A program made the position numbers and the translations under genes. From the NCBI GenBank assembly GCA_027313145.1, contig DAHVEJ010000002.1:8843-70218 (forward strand): a stretch of 61,376 nucleotides of DNA. Direction: 5' to 3'. How positions within the stretch are numbered: position 1 is the stretch's first letter; every line of letters begins with the position of its first letter. The notes under the pieces are model-generated. The model made no database searches, was not told the DNA's origin, and saw only the letters and a program-made list of their open reading frames with translations. Shown here piece after piece: positions 1-9,280 of the stretch. The DNA comes from Phycisphaerales bacterium. Its GTDB lineage: Bacteria > Planctomycetota > Phycisphaerae > WQYP01.

Positions 1-22
1 AGAACTCTGTGGTCCCGGTGAC

Positions 23-121
23 CGGAGTTTATCCCGGCCAGCGCCGGGACGGCTATTAGTCGTCGAAAAATCTGTGCAAATCTGAGAAAGAAGTTTATCC
101 CGTGCGCGCCGGGATGGATAG
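23..121. CRISPR. Possible end of a CRISPR array truncated by the window edge (only two repeat copies visible)
   Basis: GTTTATCCCGGCCAGCGCCGGGACGG at 27-52 and GTTTATCCCGTGCGCGCCGGGATGG at 93-117, 66-nt period. Internal palindrome CCCGGC/GCCGGG. The reverse complement ends in GGGATAAAC, like type I-E repeats. The second copy is degenerate and there are no cas genes in the window. Confidence 0.3.
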
Positions 122-397
122 CCCCCCTCGTTTTACTCACTACTCATTATTCATTATGCCCCGGCACTCCCCCCTACAGCCATCAACGATGTCACTGGAT
201 TCCATGTTCTGGATTGTGGATTCCGGATTCCAAACGACACCGCATCCCGGTCTGCCGGGATTTGAAAAGTGAATACTTCCCGCATCAATGCTTCCGTATG
301 GCCATGAGGATCGCTTTGTACCCGGTAGAACCTCGACGCCCGCGCCCACTCCGCGCAATTCTGAAACTACTGATCAATACTGACCAATACTGTAAAA

Positions 398-662
398 GGA
401 CTCCTAACTCCTCAATGCTAAATGCTGCCCCCCCCTGGGGGCCAAAAACAACTTGGCAATCTTGGCACACTTGAATAATATCCACTGCCATCAGGGCTTT
501 TCTCAACTTTCCGAACTTGGCATCCTTGCCTCCCTAACTTGGCCATCTTGGCATCCTTGACCCCGCTCCGCGCCCAAAAAGTCTTCTAACTCCTAACTCC
601 TCAATGCTAAATACTGGCCCCGTAGGGGCCTCAAAACATCTTGGGCATCTAGGGCAACTTGA
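398..662. repeat. Two copies of a ~75-85-nt non-coding repeat unit
   Basis: Exact 24-mer actcctaactcctcaatgctaaat at 400-423 and 589-612. Each is followed by a short GC hairpin (GCCCCC-CCCT-GGGGGC 427-442; GGCCCC-GTA-GGGGCC 616-630) and CTTGG(G)CA-type stutter repeats. Confidence 0.7.
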
Positions 663-1181
663 GGAAAGACCAATAAAATCAACGCTTCCATCAACATGCC
701 CAACTTGGGCACCTTGCCTTGCTAACTTGGGCAACTTGACTCCTCGCCCCTCTACTTTCCACTCTCAACTTTCTCCCCTCAACTTTCTCCCCTCTCGGCG
801 GCCGCCGCCGCCGCCTTGCAGAATCGTCACATGCCCCTATCGTGAGAACGGGGGCTTTTAGTTTTCTTGGGTGGCATAAAATTGCCTGACCAGCGATGAT
901 TGCGGTGTCCAGCCATAAAAGGCTGGATGAGGATAGTGATAATGGGTGGCGTCTTGTTCGCGCAACGCGGACCCTGTGATCAGATCGTTAAAGCCCGCTT
1001 TGATAATCTGCCGGCGGTGAAGGAAGACCAGCCGAGGTTGCTGATCGACGGATGGCAAAATATTGCGGCCGTACGTCGCCGGCACTCCGTCAAGGCCAAC
1101 GTATAAAGCTCTTAAATTGGTCGGAATTCCAGAAAATTACAAGACCCTGGCCGTGACCAAGATTCGTTAAAATCGCCATCG

Positions 1182-1210
1182 TAGACTTGTTGATAAAAAT
1201 TCCATATAAT
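1182..1210 (+). promoter_or_regulatory. Candidate sigma70-type promoter upstream of rne
   Basis: TAGACT (1182-1187), 17-nt spacer, perfect TATAAT (1205-1210), about 85 nt upstream of the ATG at 1294. The promoter consensus of this lineage is unknown. Confidence 0.3.
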
Positions 1211-1293
1211 TCAGCAGATTTATCCGCGACTGAAGTCAGCGGTGAGGGTGGAGTAGTTTCAATATTTTCTCGTGAGGCTTGTTTATCAGTACC

Positions 1294-3867
1294 ATGAAAT
1301 ATGATTCATCCGAAGAACGTTCGGAATTGCCCCCTGACACACTGTTTGTTCCTGAATCCGCGTCGCCGGGTGATTTGATCGCCGGGCCGGCGGATGCCGT
1401 GTCGCGCGACGATTCCGCCGGTGCAGCTAAACCGCGCCGGCGGCGGCGGGGCGGCAGAGGACGCGGCGGACGGGGGCGCAGCAAGACCGTGCGCCGCAAA
1501 GCTCCAGCGCCAACCGCCGAGGCATCTGTCACAGCGGCACCGGACTCCCTGGCAGCGTTGCCCGCGGTATATCAGATCGCAAGTACTGATAAACAATTAC
1601 CCGAAGCATCAAGCACGCATGAGGCTGTCCCGCCGGCTCCCTCGGTAGCACCGCGCCCCGTAGAATCGCCCTTGGAGGATACGGCACCCGAGGATTCTCA
1701 GCCCACCGCGTCGCCTGGGCCTGCGGTTCCGGCACCGGGGTCAGTCGGCAGTGCGGGATACGCTGTTCAGCGTCCTAATCCGGATAGACTTGTCGTTCGC
1801 GCCGCGCCGGGTCTTGCGCGTCATTCCGGCCGCCGATCCTTCAGTCAGGGAAAAGTGCGGCATCAATTCCGCCCGACCGGTACCTCGCGCAGCATTACCT
1901 CCAGTGGAATAACCGAATCGCTTATTGCGGATATAGTCCCGCCGGCACCGGCGCATCGTCATCAGACCCGTTGGCAGGCGGATCCGGCCGGCAAACCCGG
2001 CTCCGCGGAAAATGTCGGGATGGCTCCGCCGTCCCCGACGCAGGAAACCAGTCCAGTTCGTTCGCCGGATTCCGATAGCGCCGCTCCGGCGAATGCGGAA
2101 TCGCCAGAGCTGGACAACGTGGATGACGAAGTGTCATCATCTAAGCCACTTGCCCACAAGAAAGGTCCGCCCCGGATCATGCTGGTAAACGTGGCGGATT
2201 CAGAAGAAGTTCGCATTGCCATTGTGTGTCAAGGGGTGTTGGAAGAGCTATACACGGAGCGCGCCAGCCATGATCTGCATGTGGGCAATATCTACAAAGG
2301 CCGTGTAACCAATGTCGAACCGAGCATCCAGGCGGCGTTTATCGATTTTGGAATCGGCAAAAACGGCTTTCTGCACATCAGTGATTTGCATCCACAATAT
2401 TTTCCGCAGCACCATAAATCAACCGCAAAAATGCACGCCGCGGGTGCCAAAAAAGCCGATGCTTCGGAACTCGCTGAAGGCTCCCAATCTACAGAACCGG
2501 ATTCGGCCGCCAACTTTGAAGAAATCGGGGGTGAAATTGATGAACTCTTTGATGAAGATGCGGAAATACTGGTGGATAATGATCACATTGCGCCCATGGA
2601 ACGCGTGGGGCGCAAAACGCCGCGTCATTCGCGCCCGCCGATTCAGCAATGTCTGCGGCGCGGGCAGGAGATTATTGTTCAGGTAACCAAGGAAGGCATT
2701 GGTACAAAAGGTCCCACGCTGACCAGCTACATCAGTGTGCCGGGGCGATATTTAGTCATGATGCCCGGTATGAGCGCTTTGGGTGTCTCCAGAAAAATCG
2801 CCGACGATGAACAGCGCCGCGCCATGAAACGCCTGTTGCGGGAACTTAATCCGCCGGAGAACCTCGGTTTTATTATCCGCACCGCCGGTATGGACCGCAC
2901 GGCCCGGGAATTACAGCAGGATTTGCATTTTCTGGTGCGAATCTGGAAGCGCATAACCCATCGGCTTGATACCCAGCGTACACCCGCGTTGCTTTATGAG
3001 GAAAGTGATCTGGTCATTCGCAGCATTCGGGATTTAGCGGTGCAGGAAATGGACCGCATTGTCGTGGATGATCCGGATGTGGCCGAGCGAATTCGTGATT
3101 TCCTCACCATCGCCAGTCCGGATTCCAGCATGGTTGAACTGTACCATGATCCCATGCCGCTGTTTATCCGGTACGGCGTGGAACGCGAAATCGAAAAAAT
3201 CAACAGCCGCCGGGTGGAAATGGCCAATGGCGGTTCTCTGGTTATTGATTCCACAGAGGCGCTGGTCGCGGTGGACGTTAATTCCGGGCGCTATCGTGAA
3301 CAGCGTGACGCGGAGCTTACCGCCTACAATATCAACAAAGACGCTATTGGCGATTTGTGCCGCCAACTGCGTCTGCGGGATCTCGGTGGCGTGATTGTCA
3401 TCGACTTTATTGATATGCGGTTAGATCGGCATAAGCGGGAAATTGAGCGCTTGCTGCGTGATGAACTGCGCAACGATCGCGCCAAAACCAAAGTGCTTCG
3501 CATGAGTCAATTCTGCATGATTGAAATGACCCGCCAGCGAGTTAAACCGAGTTTGAAACGCGGCATATACCAGGACTGTCCCCATTGCCGCGGCACCGCC
3601 CTGATTAAAACGCCTGAAAGTGTCACGCTGGATGTGATGCGCCGCTTGGCCGCGGCCACGCTGCATAAGGACATCGCCCGGATTGACTTGAAAGTCTATC
3701 CGACGGTTGCCGGTTACCTGCTGAATAAAAAGCGCCGCGAGTTGGTGGCCATGGAAGACCGTACCGAGAAAAAAATTGTCATAACGCCCGATGCGGCGCT
3801 ACCCGATGATTCGGTGCTTATTGAGGCTTATGACATTCGCGGAAACTTAATCAACATCGCCACATGA
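1294..3867 (+). CDS. rne: Ribonuclease E/G family endoribonuclease with long N-terminal Arg/Pro/Ser-rich extension
   Basis: S1 motif GNIYKGRVTNVEPSIQAAFIDFG, catalytic core SLVIDSTEALVAVDVNSG and LRLRDLGGVIVIDFIDM, Zn-link CPHCRGTA. ATG at 1294 chosen over the TTG at 1279 used by the ORF track. Confidence 0.9.
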   Translation: MKYDSSEERSELPPDTLFVPESASPGDLIAGPADAVSRDDSAGAAKPRRRRRGGRGRGGRGRSKTVRRKAPAPTAEASVTAAPDSLAALPAVYQIASTDKQLPEASSTHEAVPPAPSVAPRPVESPLEDTAPEDSQPTASPGPAVPAPGSVGSAGYAVQRPNPDRLVVRAAPGLARHSGRRSFSQGKVRHQFRPTGTSRSITSSGITESLIADIVPPAPAHRHQTRWQADPAGKPGSAENVGMAPPSPTQETSPVRSPDSDSAAPANAESPELDNVDDEVSSSKPLAHKKGPPRIMLVNVADSEEVRIAIVCQGVLEELYTERASHDLHVGNIYKGRVTNVEPSIQAAFIDFGIGKNGFLHISDLHPQYFPQHHKSTAKMHAAGAKKADASELAEGSQSTEPDSAANFEEIGGEIDELFDEDAEILVDNDHIAPMERVGRKTPRHSRPPIQQCLRRGQEIIVQVTKEGIGTKGPTLTSYISVPGRYLVMMPGMSALGVSRKIADDEQRRAMKRLLRELNPPENLGFIIRTAGMDRTARELQQDLHFLVRIWKRITHRLDTQRTPALLYEESDLVIRSIRDLAVQEMDRIVVDDPDVAERIRDFLTIASPDSSMVELYHDPMPLFIRYGVEREIEKINSRRVEMANGGSLVIDSTEALVAVDVNSGRYREQRDAELTAYNINKDAIGDLCRQLRLRDLGGVIVIDFIDMRLDRHKREIERLLRDELRNDRAKTKVLRMSQFCMIEMTRQRVKPSLKRGIYQDCPHCRGTALIKTPESVTLDVMRRLAAATLHKDIARIDLKVYPTVAGYLLNKKRRELVAMEDRTEKKIVITPDAALPDDSVLIEAYDIRGNLINIAT

Positions 3868-3884
3868 CCGGCGCATGTTGCGTC

Positions 3885-5162
3885 TTATTCCGCTTCGGAT
3901 TGATCCACGCGCTTAATGTTCGCCCCCAGCGCGTTCAGACGTTCTTCAATTTTTTCGTAGCCGCGGTCAATATGATACACCCGATTGATGGTCGTTGTGC
4001 CGCGGGCCGCCAGTCCGGCCAGAACCAGAGCAGCCGAAGCCCGCAGATCACTGGCCATCACCGGTGCGCCGATCAGTTGCTGTTCGCCTTCAATAATGAC
4101 TGTCGCGCCTTCGCGGTGCATCCGCGCGCCCAGTCGGGTTAACTCCGCGACGTGCATAAAGCGGTCGGGAAAAATCTTCTCTGAGACAATGCTGTTGCCG
4201 TTGGCTATGGCCAATAACGCCATAAACTGCGCCTGGAGATCCGTGGGAAATCCCGGATACGGTTGCGTGGTGATAATGGCCGCTTCCAATCTGCGTGCGG
4301 ATGCCACCGTCACGCCTTCGCCGCTTTTTTCCACAATAACCCCGATGCTGCGCAGCTTATCCACAGCGGCCATTAAATGGTCAATGCGGACATTATCCAG
4401 ATTCAACTCACCATTGGAAATGGCCGCCGCAACCATAAAGGTGCCGGCTTCAATGCGATCGGGAATAATCCGATGTTCGGCACCGTGCAGTGCCGGAACT
4501 CCCTGCACAACAATACGCGGTGTGCCATGCCCGGATATTTTGGCACCCATGCTCGTGAGATAATCGGCCAGGTCCACAATTTCCGGTTCACATGCGGCAC
4601 ATTCAATGACGGTCGTGCCCTGCGCCAGCGTTGCGGCACTCATGACATTGGCCGTGCCCAGAACGGTCGATCCAAAATTGCCGCCAAGGAATATTTCGGC
4701 ACCATGTAATTTGTCGGCATGGGCGATAATATCGCCGCCTTCCAGCTCAATGGTGGCTCCCAAAGCCCGCAGTCCGCGCAAATGTATATCCACCGGCCGG
4801 TCGCCAATGGCGCAGCCGCCGGGCATGGAAACGCGCACATGGCCGCGTTTGGCCAACAGCGGCCCCAAGACGCAAATACTGGCCCGCATTTTGCGCACGA
4901 CATCGTAGGGTGCATGGGAGCAGCTTTCGTCCGCGACTTCAATTTCGAGTTTGCCGTCGGCTTGTCGATCTACGCGGCAGCCCAGAAGTTTAAGCAATTC
5001 AATTTGACTGCGGATGTCCTGCAGATTGGGAATATCAGCGATAACGGATTTACCATCCGCCAGCAGAGCCGCCGCCATGACTGGCAACGCCGCATTTTTA
5101 GAGCCGGCAATCCGCAGGGTTCCGCGCAGACGCGCGCCACCTTCAATGACAAATGAATCCAT
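3885..5162 (-). CDS. murA: UDP-N-acetylglucosamine 1-carboxyvinyltransferase
   Basis: Begins MDSFVIEGGARLRGTLRIAGSKNAALPVMAAALLADG, the canonical MurA N-terminus. The internal ATG at 5162 is preferred to the track start at 5216. Confidence 0.95.
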   Translation of the reverse strand: MDSFVIEGGARLRGTLRIAGSKNAALPVMAAALLADGKSVIADIPNLQDIRSQIELLKLLGCRVDRQADGKLEIEVADESCSHAPYDVVRKMRASICVLGPLLAKRGHVRVSMPGGCAIGDRPVDIHLRGLRALGATIELEGGDIIAHADKLHGAEIFLGGNFGSTVLGTANVMSAATLAQGTTVIECAACEPEIVDLADYLTSMGAKISGHGTPRIVVQGVPALHGAEHRIIPDRIEAGTFMVAAAISNGELNLDNVRIDHLMAAVDKLRSIGVIVEKSGEGVTVASARRLEAAIITTQPYPGFPTDLQAQFMALLAIANGNSIVSEKIFPDRFMHVAELTRLGARMHREGATVIIEGEQQLIGAPVMASDLRASAALVLAGLAARGTTTINRVYHIDRGYEKIEERLNALGANIKRVDQSEAE

Positions 5163-5414
5163 CGTGCAAATCCTCCATGATTTGTATCCAGCCGATGCAG
5201 GGGCTTCCGCAGGCATCCTGATCCATCAGGCTTATGCTCTGGAATTATACCCGGTATTATTTTAACGCGATATGGCGCAATCCCGCCGCTTTTTTTGCAA
5301 TTCTTTGCAGGTGTGCGGCACGCAGGCTCCCCGGGTGGAGCACGGTTTAAAGATGTCGTTCCCGCTTGTGGCGGCCATTTTTCCCGTCTATCATAAGTGT
5401 AACGAGAGGCGGTC

Positions 5415-7028
5415 ATGAAAATGCGTTGTGGGAACGGCTTTGGGAAGTTTGGCGCTGGACGGCAGTACTTCCACAGACGCAGCGCGCTGTACACCATTGT
5501 GCTGGGGTTGATCTTATGCCTGCCGATCATGGTGCGTGGTCAAAGCGTGCTTTCACACGCTGTGGCCGCCAAACCGCTTGAGACCGTGCAGCATCGCCAC
5601 GCCGCAATCATCACGATAACCGGCTCGATTGATCGCATCACCTGGGTCAGCGTGCAACGGCGTATTGCAACGGCGCTGAAACATAAAAGCTCGATATTGA
5701 TTTTTCAAATCAATTCACGTGCCGGGCAACTCCGTGAGGCTTTAAAAATTGCCGCGTTAATCCGGCATTCTCATGTCGCCACGGTCGCCTGGGTTAACAG
5801 GGCGGCACTGGGGCCGGCGGCTATTATTGCGGCGGCATGTACCAAGGTCATCTTGTCGGATAATGCCGCATGGGGCGATGGCCAAAGCTTTGCCCTGCGT
5901 GGTGCCGATGCCGCCAAAATCGCCGCTGATCCCATGGCCCAGGTGTCATCGCCGGCACTGGCGTCTCTGCGGAAAGACCATGCGAATCACCCTGAGTTGA
6001 TTCTTGCGGGCATGATGGATCGGAAAATACAAATTGATGAGATCGTTAATAAAATGACCGGAGAAACACAGTTTGTTCCACCAGAAGTTCGCGCTAAGCT
6101 CATGCGTCTGACCGCGGCGGTGCCCGGTCATGCCGCCATTCATCCGTGGGTTTATGTTAAACGTGTCAAGCACGCTGGTACGCTTTTGACCTTGGGCGCA
6201 CGGGAGGCGGTGCAAATGGGGGCGGCATCGGCGGTCATCCATGAGCCGGAAAGTTTGCCTGCCATGCTCAACATTACTGCGCCAGAAATTCCCGTATTGC
6301 GCATGGATTTTCTGGAAAAAGCGTCGCGTTTTTGTTCGCGTTTTCAGGTCCGGTTTTTTTTGTTGATTATTATGCTGGTCTGCGGGTACATCGAATTCAG
6401 CCACCCGGGCCTGCTGATTCCCGGATTGATCGGCTTGGCGGCCGTGGCGCTATTTCTTGGCGGCCCGATGCTCACGGGTCTGGCCAACTGGTGGGAAGTG
6501 GGAATTATTTTCCTGGGAATTGTGATCATCGCCCTGGACTTTATCCATTTTGGCGGTTTAGGGTTGCTGGCGATTCCGGGATTTATTTTCGCTATTATCG
6601 GCATGATCGCATCCTTCGTTCCCATGGGGGCCTCCGCGGTCGGGGCGGAAAAGGCCTTTCAAACCGGTCTGGGAGTGGTAACTTTGGCGATCGTTGCCGC
6701 GGGCGTGATCATTGCATTGCTGATCAAGTTCCTGGACCTTACGCCGGGCTTTCGGCGATTGCAATTAAGGCCGGTATCCCCATCGCTCCGCCATGACACG
6801 TCGCCGGGGTCGCTGGGCGATCTGTTATTTGTCGGTGCGGTCGGTCGGGCGGTGTCGGAGTTGCGGCCGTCGGGAAAAGCGCGGTTTGATAATCATCTGG
6901 TAACCGTGGTTTCACGCAATGAGTTTATCGCACCCGAGTTGCCAGTGGAGATCGTGGAAATAAGGGAAAATCAGATTATCGTGCAAAAAATATCGGATGA
7001 TGGCGCGCCGGTTGACCCGGCGACTTAG
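5415..7028 (+). CDS. NfeD-family membrane-bound serine protease (ClpP-like domain + TM block + C-terminal NfeD OB fold)
   Basis: Signal/TM N-terminus, ClpP-like region, multi-TM block (residues ~330-440), C-terminal VGRAVSELRPSGKARFDNHLVTVVSRNEFI OB-fold motif. GAGAGG Shine-Dalgarno 5 nt upstream. Confidence 0.75.
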   Translation: MKMRCGNGFGKFGAGRQYFHRRSALYTIVLGLILCLPIMVRGQSVLSHAVAAKPLETVQHRHAAIITITGSIDRITWVSVQRRIATALKHKSSILIFQINSRAGQLREALKIAALIRHSHVATVAWVNRAALGPAAIIAAACTKVILSDNAAWGDGQSFALRGADAAKIAADPMAQVSSPALASLRKDHANHPELILAGMMDRKIQIDEIVNKMTGETQFVPPEVRAKLMRLTAAVPGHAAIHPWVYVKRVKHAGTLLTLGAREAVQMGAASAVIHEPESLPAMLNITAPEIPVLRMDFLEKASRFCSRFQVRFFLLIIMLVCGYIEFSHPGLLIPGLIGLAAVALFLGGPMLTGLANWWEVGIIFLGIVIIALDFIHFGGLGLLAIPGFIFAIIGMIASFVPMGASAVGAEKAFQTGLGVVTLAIVAAGVIIALLIKFLDLTPGFRRLQLRPVSPSLRHDTSPGSLGDLLFVGAVGRAVSELRPSGKARFDNHLVTVVSRNEFIAPELPVEIVEIRENQIIVQKISDDGAPVDPAT

Positions 7029-7040
7029 GATTGTACTGCG

Positions 7041-7535
7041 ATGAATTTCGACATACTGATGGCCTGCGTTTTGCTATATGTTGGAGCTTTTATCTGTCTG
7101 TTGGCGGAGCTGCTGGTTCCGGCGCACGGCTTTATGGCGATTCTCGCGGCCGCGTTTGCTATTTCCGGCATGATTCTAAGTTTTATAGTCGGGCCGACGT
7201 TTGGCATAATTTGCGCCCTGGCTCTTATGGTGCTGACTCCTTTAGTGATAACCGGATTTGTGAAGTACTATCCCCACAGCCCCGTAGGCCGCCGCGTGCT
7301 ATTGCGGGGGCCTAATCCGCAGAAGGTAAATGCTGTCTCCAAAGATCAGCAGATTGAATTAACCGCTTTAATCGGCCGCACCGGATCGGCGGTGACGACC
7401 TTGCGCCCAGCGGGGACCGGCCTGATCGACACCCACCGTATCGCCTGTATAAGCGAAGGCCCGATCATTGAAAAAGGCGCACCGATTCGCGCTGTTGCGG
7501 TTTCCGGAGGGCAACTGGTGGTACAGGCAATTTGA
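7041..7535 (+). CDS. Short NfeD-family protein (TM + OB fold)
   Basis: Two or three TM helices, then IGRTGSAVTTLRPAGTGLIDTHRIACISEGPIIEKGAPIRAV, typical of the NfeD C-terminal domain. Confidence 0.7.
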   Translation: MNFDILMACVLLYVGAFICLLAELLVPAHGFMAILAAAFAISGMILSFIVGPTFGIICALALMVLTPLVITGFVKYYPHSPVGRRVLLRGPNPQKVNAVSKDQQIELTALIGRTGSAVTTLRPAGTGLIDTHRIACISEGPIIEKGAPIRAVAVSGGQLVVQAI

Positions 7536-7691
7536 CCGTTATCGCGGGGATTGGTTATTGAGAAAGTTGTTATTTCGCTCCCTATCCGGAGTCGGCTGTT
7601 TTCCCACTGGATCGATCCATGTGAAGCCGCTTCAAGGATAATCATTGCGCCTATCACGTAATCCCCCTTTTCATTTTGCCTTGCTTGCGCC

Positions 7692-9242
7692 ATGATGGCG
7701 AAAATGAAAAGCGGGCAGCCACTGATTCGCATTCGTCGGGCCTATCCCCGCGTGCTGCGCGCCGCAAACAACAGTACTGACTTATTCGCCCCCCGGTTGT
7801 TTATCGTGGGGAGCACTCTGGGAATTGCGTCACTGGTTTATCTGGGGCGGTTGCTGCTTCACAGCACTTCCGGCAGTTCGCCGATATCCGTTGGGCTGTC
7901 TTGGCTGATTCCCTTTGTGGTACTGCTGGCGGGCATCGCTTTTATACCCGCCATTTTTCCGCTCTGGTGGGAAAAGTTTTACGCGTGGTTCTGCCTTGGC
8001 GTAAGTGTCCTGGCAGCGCTGGCTTATTTATGGGTATTCCATCGCTCGGCGGAAGTGGAATTATCGGCGAGCTTGGCGACGTATTGTGATTTTATTGTGT
8101 TGCTCTCGGCGTTATTTATCATCGCATCGGGTATTGTAATACGCGTCAAAGCGCCGGCCACGGTGCGATTGAATGTCCTGGTGCTGTTGGGGGCCGCCAT
8201 TTTGGCCAACGTTTTCGGAAGCATGGGGGCGTCGGTATTGTTGGCGCGGCCGTTCCTCCGGATGAATCAAGGCCATATTCGCCCCTTTCATGTCATCTTC
8301 TTCGTGCTGGTTGTCGCCAATGTGGGTGCCTCGTTAACCGCCTTGGGCGATCCGCCGCTACTGTTGGGTTACCTTTCCGGCATTCCATTCTGGTGGATAA
8401 CAATTCATGCCTGGAGGATATGGTTGTTAGCCGTTGGATTGCTACTGGCAATGTTTTACTTTTTCGATTTTCGGCATCGTGCGTCATTACAACAAAAAGC
8501 GCCGACGGAACAGGCTTGGGACAAATCTCCGGCAATTCAAATCGACGGTGTTGAGCAGTTGCTGCTGCTGCCGGTTGCCATGACCGGATTATTTCTTCCG
8601 CCGCCATGGCGGGACGCCACGCTGGTGATAGCGTCCGGAGTGTCGCTATTGCTGTGTCCGGCGGACCTGCGTCGCGAAAATCGCTTTAATTTCCAGCCTG
8701 TCCGGGAGATTGGCGTACTGTTTCTAGCAATTTTTCTGACCATGACGCCGGCGCTGCATTTCTTGAATCAGCAGGCCCGGGCCGGTAAATTAACGCAATG
8801 GCTGCATACAAGCGGCCAATGTTTTTTCACGACCGGTGCACTATCAGCAGTTTTGGATAACGCGCCAACCTATCTGGCGATTTTGCAGTTGCGCGTGGCC
8901 GAAAGCAATCAAACTGGCTCATCGCCGAGGAAGGCCCACTTAACCCATGATGTCTTAAAGCCAAGAGTCGCGCTGCAACAAAAGCATTCCACCGACGCAC
9001 GGGAAACGCTTCGCCTTAAATTGGCCGATCCGGATACCGCGCTTGCGGCATTGGCCATATCGCTTGGTTCGGTATTTTTCGGCGCATTAACCTGGATCGG
9101 GAATTGTCCGAATCTGATGATCCGAGCCATCGCACAACAGGAGGGCGTCGCATGCCCTGGGTTTGTCAGTTATAGCGTCCGTTACGCATTGCCCTGTCTG
9201 TTGCCCGTATTGTTACTCGTATGGATTGTGTTTTTTCGCTAA
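7692..9242 (+). CDS. Polytopic permease, ArsB/NhaD (citrate-transporter-like / Na+:H+ antiporter-like) superfamily
   Basis: 516 aa, at least 10 hydrophobic segments, SAVLDNAPTYLAIL motif seen in NhaD/YbiR-like carriers. Its stop codon overlaps an in-frame ATG of the next ORF (TAATG at 9240-9244). Confidence 0.55.
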   Translation: MMAKMKSGQPLIRIRRAYPRVLRAANNSTDLFAPRLFIVGSTLGIASLVYLGRLLLHSTSGSSPISVGLSWLIPFVVLLAGIAFIPAIFPLWWEKFYAWFCLGVSVLAALAYLWVFHRSAEVELSASLATYCDFIVLLSALFIIASGIVIRVKAPATVRLNVLVLLGAAILANVFGSMGASVLLARPFLRMNQGHIRPFHVIFFVLVVANVGASLTALGDPPLLLGYLSGIPFWWITIHAWRIWLLAVGLLLAMFYFFDFRHRASLQQKAPTEQAWDKSPAIQIDGVEQLLLLPVAMTGLFLPPPWRDATLVIASGVSLLLCPADLRRENRFNFQPVREIGVLFLAIFLTMTPALHFLNQQARAGKLTQWLHTSGQCFFTTGALSAVLDNAPTYLAILQLRVAESNQTGSSPRKAHLTHDVLKPRVALQQKHSTDARETLRLKLADPDTALAALAISLGSVFFGALTWIGNCPNLMIRAIAQQEGVACPGFVSYSVRYALPCLLPVLLLVWIVFFR

Positions 9243-9280
9243 TGGGGCACCGCAACCATGAAACCTCTGAGGTTGTTTTA

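Noticed and set aside
581-593. 13-mer gtcttctaactcc shared between 581-593 and 24768-24780
   Set aside because: Dozens of exact 13-mer coincidences are expected by chance among all position pairs in a 61-kb window on both strands, so this is not evidence of a dispersed element.
427-630. GC hairpins at 427-442 and 616-630 as Rho-independent terminators
   Set aside because: Neither strand has a U-tract after the stem, and no upstream gene ends here.
450-745. Sigma54-like TGGCA..TTGC words (e.g. CTTGGCATCCTTGCC, TTGGGCACCTTGCCTTGC)
   Set aside because: The GG-to-GC spacing is 9 or 13 nt, not the 12 nt (G-to-G) of the TGGCAC-N5-TTGC consensus. The words belong to a 9-mer stutter repeat, so the resemblance looks incidental.
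140-861. Six-frame track ORFs of 60-98 aa on both strands (e.g. 214-474 +, 285-506 -, 534-734 -, 604-861 +)
   Set aside because: They overlap each other on opposite strands and are low-complexity. They share peptides only because the DNA is repeated. They have no Shine-Dalgarno sites and no recognisable family. Treated as non-coding repeat DNA.
858-1085. 75-aa minus-strand ORF between the repeat tract and rne (considered as a cas2 or toxin remnant)
   Set aside because: It has a GTG start without a Shine-Dalgarno. It shows no similarity I can recognise to Cas2, RelE/ParE or transposase families, and it overlaps an equally long plus-strand ORF. Left unannotated.
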